Both the position numbers and the translations under genes were made by a program. Positions 62,692 through 64,000 of a stretch of 64,000 bases of DNA are shown in pieces (position 1 is the first letter of the stretch; the number at the start of each line of letters is the position of its first letter). The stretch spans positions 124,001 to 188,000 of the forward strand of contig NIVC01000773.1 of the NCBI GenBank assembly GCA_002269645.1, written 5' to 3'. The notes beneath the pieces are model-generated. The model was not told the origin of the DNA and ran no database searches. It saw only the letters and a list, made by a program, of their open reading frames with translations. Source of the stretch: Macrostomum lignano (Eukaryota).

Positions 62692-64000
62692 GCTTTGGTT
62701 TTGGATCAAACTGCAGAACTGTCCTTTCCTGTCCTGCTTGCGCCGTCTTATTAAAAACTTTTTCTCCTTATCTACAACCTCTCCAGTTTTCGAGACCAGT
62801 CTGGCTCTGTATGCAGCAACTCTACACCCAAGTACTCTCGGTTTGCATGAACTGTGAAACTGTACTGTGGTACAATGGCAGCATTTGGAGTTTGGAGTCG
62901 CTGAGAGGGTTCTTGCAAAGCCCCCACCTCTACCTCCCGCCTGCCCTTGAAATGTAGTAACAAGGCAAAGACAGTACTCGTACTTGTGTGCTATAAAATT
63001 ATTGAGTACGTTCAGGGTGACTGGGTGCTATAAATGAGCAGGTGAGATTGCATTCTGTTAATCAGTTTCTTTAACATTTCTCATTTAGATTTTAACGAAT
63101 GCACGACTCATGAAACTAATTATATACTCAAATATCTTCTGTATATACTTCAGTAGTAACAAATAAGTGCCTATGAGAACACGTCAGTACTTTAATAGGA
63201 AATAATTAGTCACATCGGTTCACATCGGTTCACATCGGTGAAATGACTTGCTTTCTTACAGTTACTTTTCGCTATTTGCCCCTCGAGTTCGAATAGATTG
63301 GCTTACTCGTACTTTTCTGGTCGCTATGTGGCTAGAAAGAAAAGTCCCACAAAATCCATATACTAAAAAAACTTGAGATTTGATACTCTCAAAACGAGGT
63401 TATTCAGCACTTTAGAGGTAAGGTATTGAGGTAAAATTTTGAACCTGACGGACCTTAGGGATCTCTAGAAGAAGATCTTACATTCAAAGATGCGATCTGA
63501 AAATTGAAAAGTATATTTAAACCCAATTTACTATTTGAAGTACAATAATTTCTGTATTCCTGCTGTCAATAAACTTCCTTAGAAGAAGTCCGGTGCGTGA
63601 TGCAGCGGTCTCAATGCAGAGGCTGTTGCATATTGCAGCATGAATGCAGCTGCGCAGCTTCCGACAGGAAGTGACCCAACTGTGACCAGGTTCTGTAGGA
63701 TTAATTTCCCGCATGAAGGCAGGAAATGAAAAAAACTCTTTAACTTCAGTCCTCTTTCTCACCTTTGCTTATAATATCAAATCTATCGGAAGCTGATCGT
63801 GACTCTGGGATGCGCAAGCTCCCATTGAGCCGGATATTGTTTGGCAGATGAGGAAGAGCGCCACTTCTCCGCCCTCTTCCGCTTCCTGCCTGCCTCAACT
63901 GTGGCCTCTCTGCCCCGGCATCCAATCTGAATGCCGCTCACAGGGAATAAATTCATAGCAATCGGCAGCTGCCAAGCCTGCGCTTCACCGGTGTGGAAAT

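Noticed and set aside
63500-64000. Possible exon(s) of a further gene at the window end
   Set aside because: No recognisable protein motif or consistent exon chain.

Overview
Eukaryotic (metazoan invertebrate) genomic DNA with spliceosomal introns, GC-rich exons and very dense tandem repeats. The style resembles Macrostomum-type flatworm assemblies, but that is inference only. Genes reconstructed by hand with frame-consistent splice sites: (i) the 3' end of a gene with 69-aa repeats (1-1819); (ii) a ~3,500-aa plakin-domain protein (7061-22900) whose 8-kb exon carries 44 near-identical 49-aa Cys-containing repeats and whose last exon is paralogous to gene (i); (iii) a 5-exon cytosolic sulfotransferase; (iv) a 14-exon orphan GABA-B-like class C GPCR; (v) an intronless ARF GTPase; (vi) ATG4; (vii) RPL9; (viii) an intronless CYP2-clan P450. 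Mobile DNA includes a Crypton-type tyrosine recombinase element, two IS630-Tc1-mariner fragments each bracketed by GTCTATGG-containing inverted repeats, RTE and other LINE remnants, a tRNA-derived SINE, and Merlin, hAT and other MITEs. About 18 distinct satellite arrays are present, many filling introns. Several conserved genes show single-base deletions in C/G runs that look like long-read consensus errors. Best candidates for new biology are the repeat-expanded plakin gene pair and the TATGG-bounded, Crypton-associated cassettes that carry pieces of unrelated transposases.
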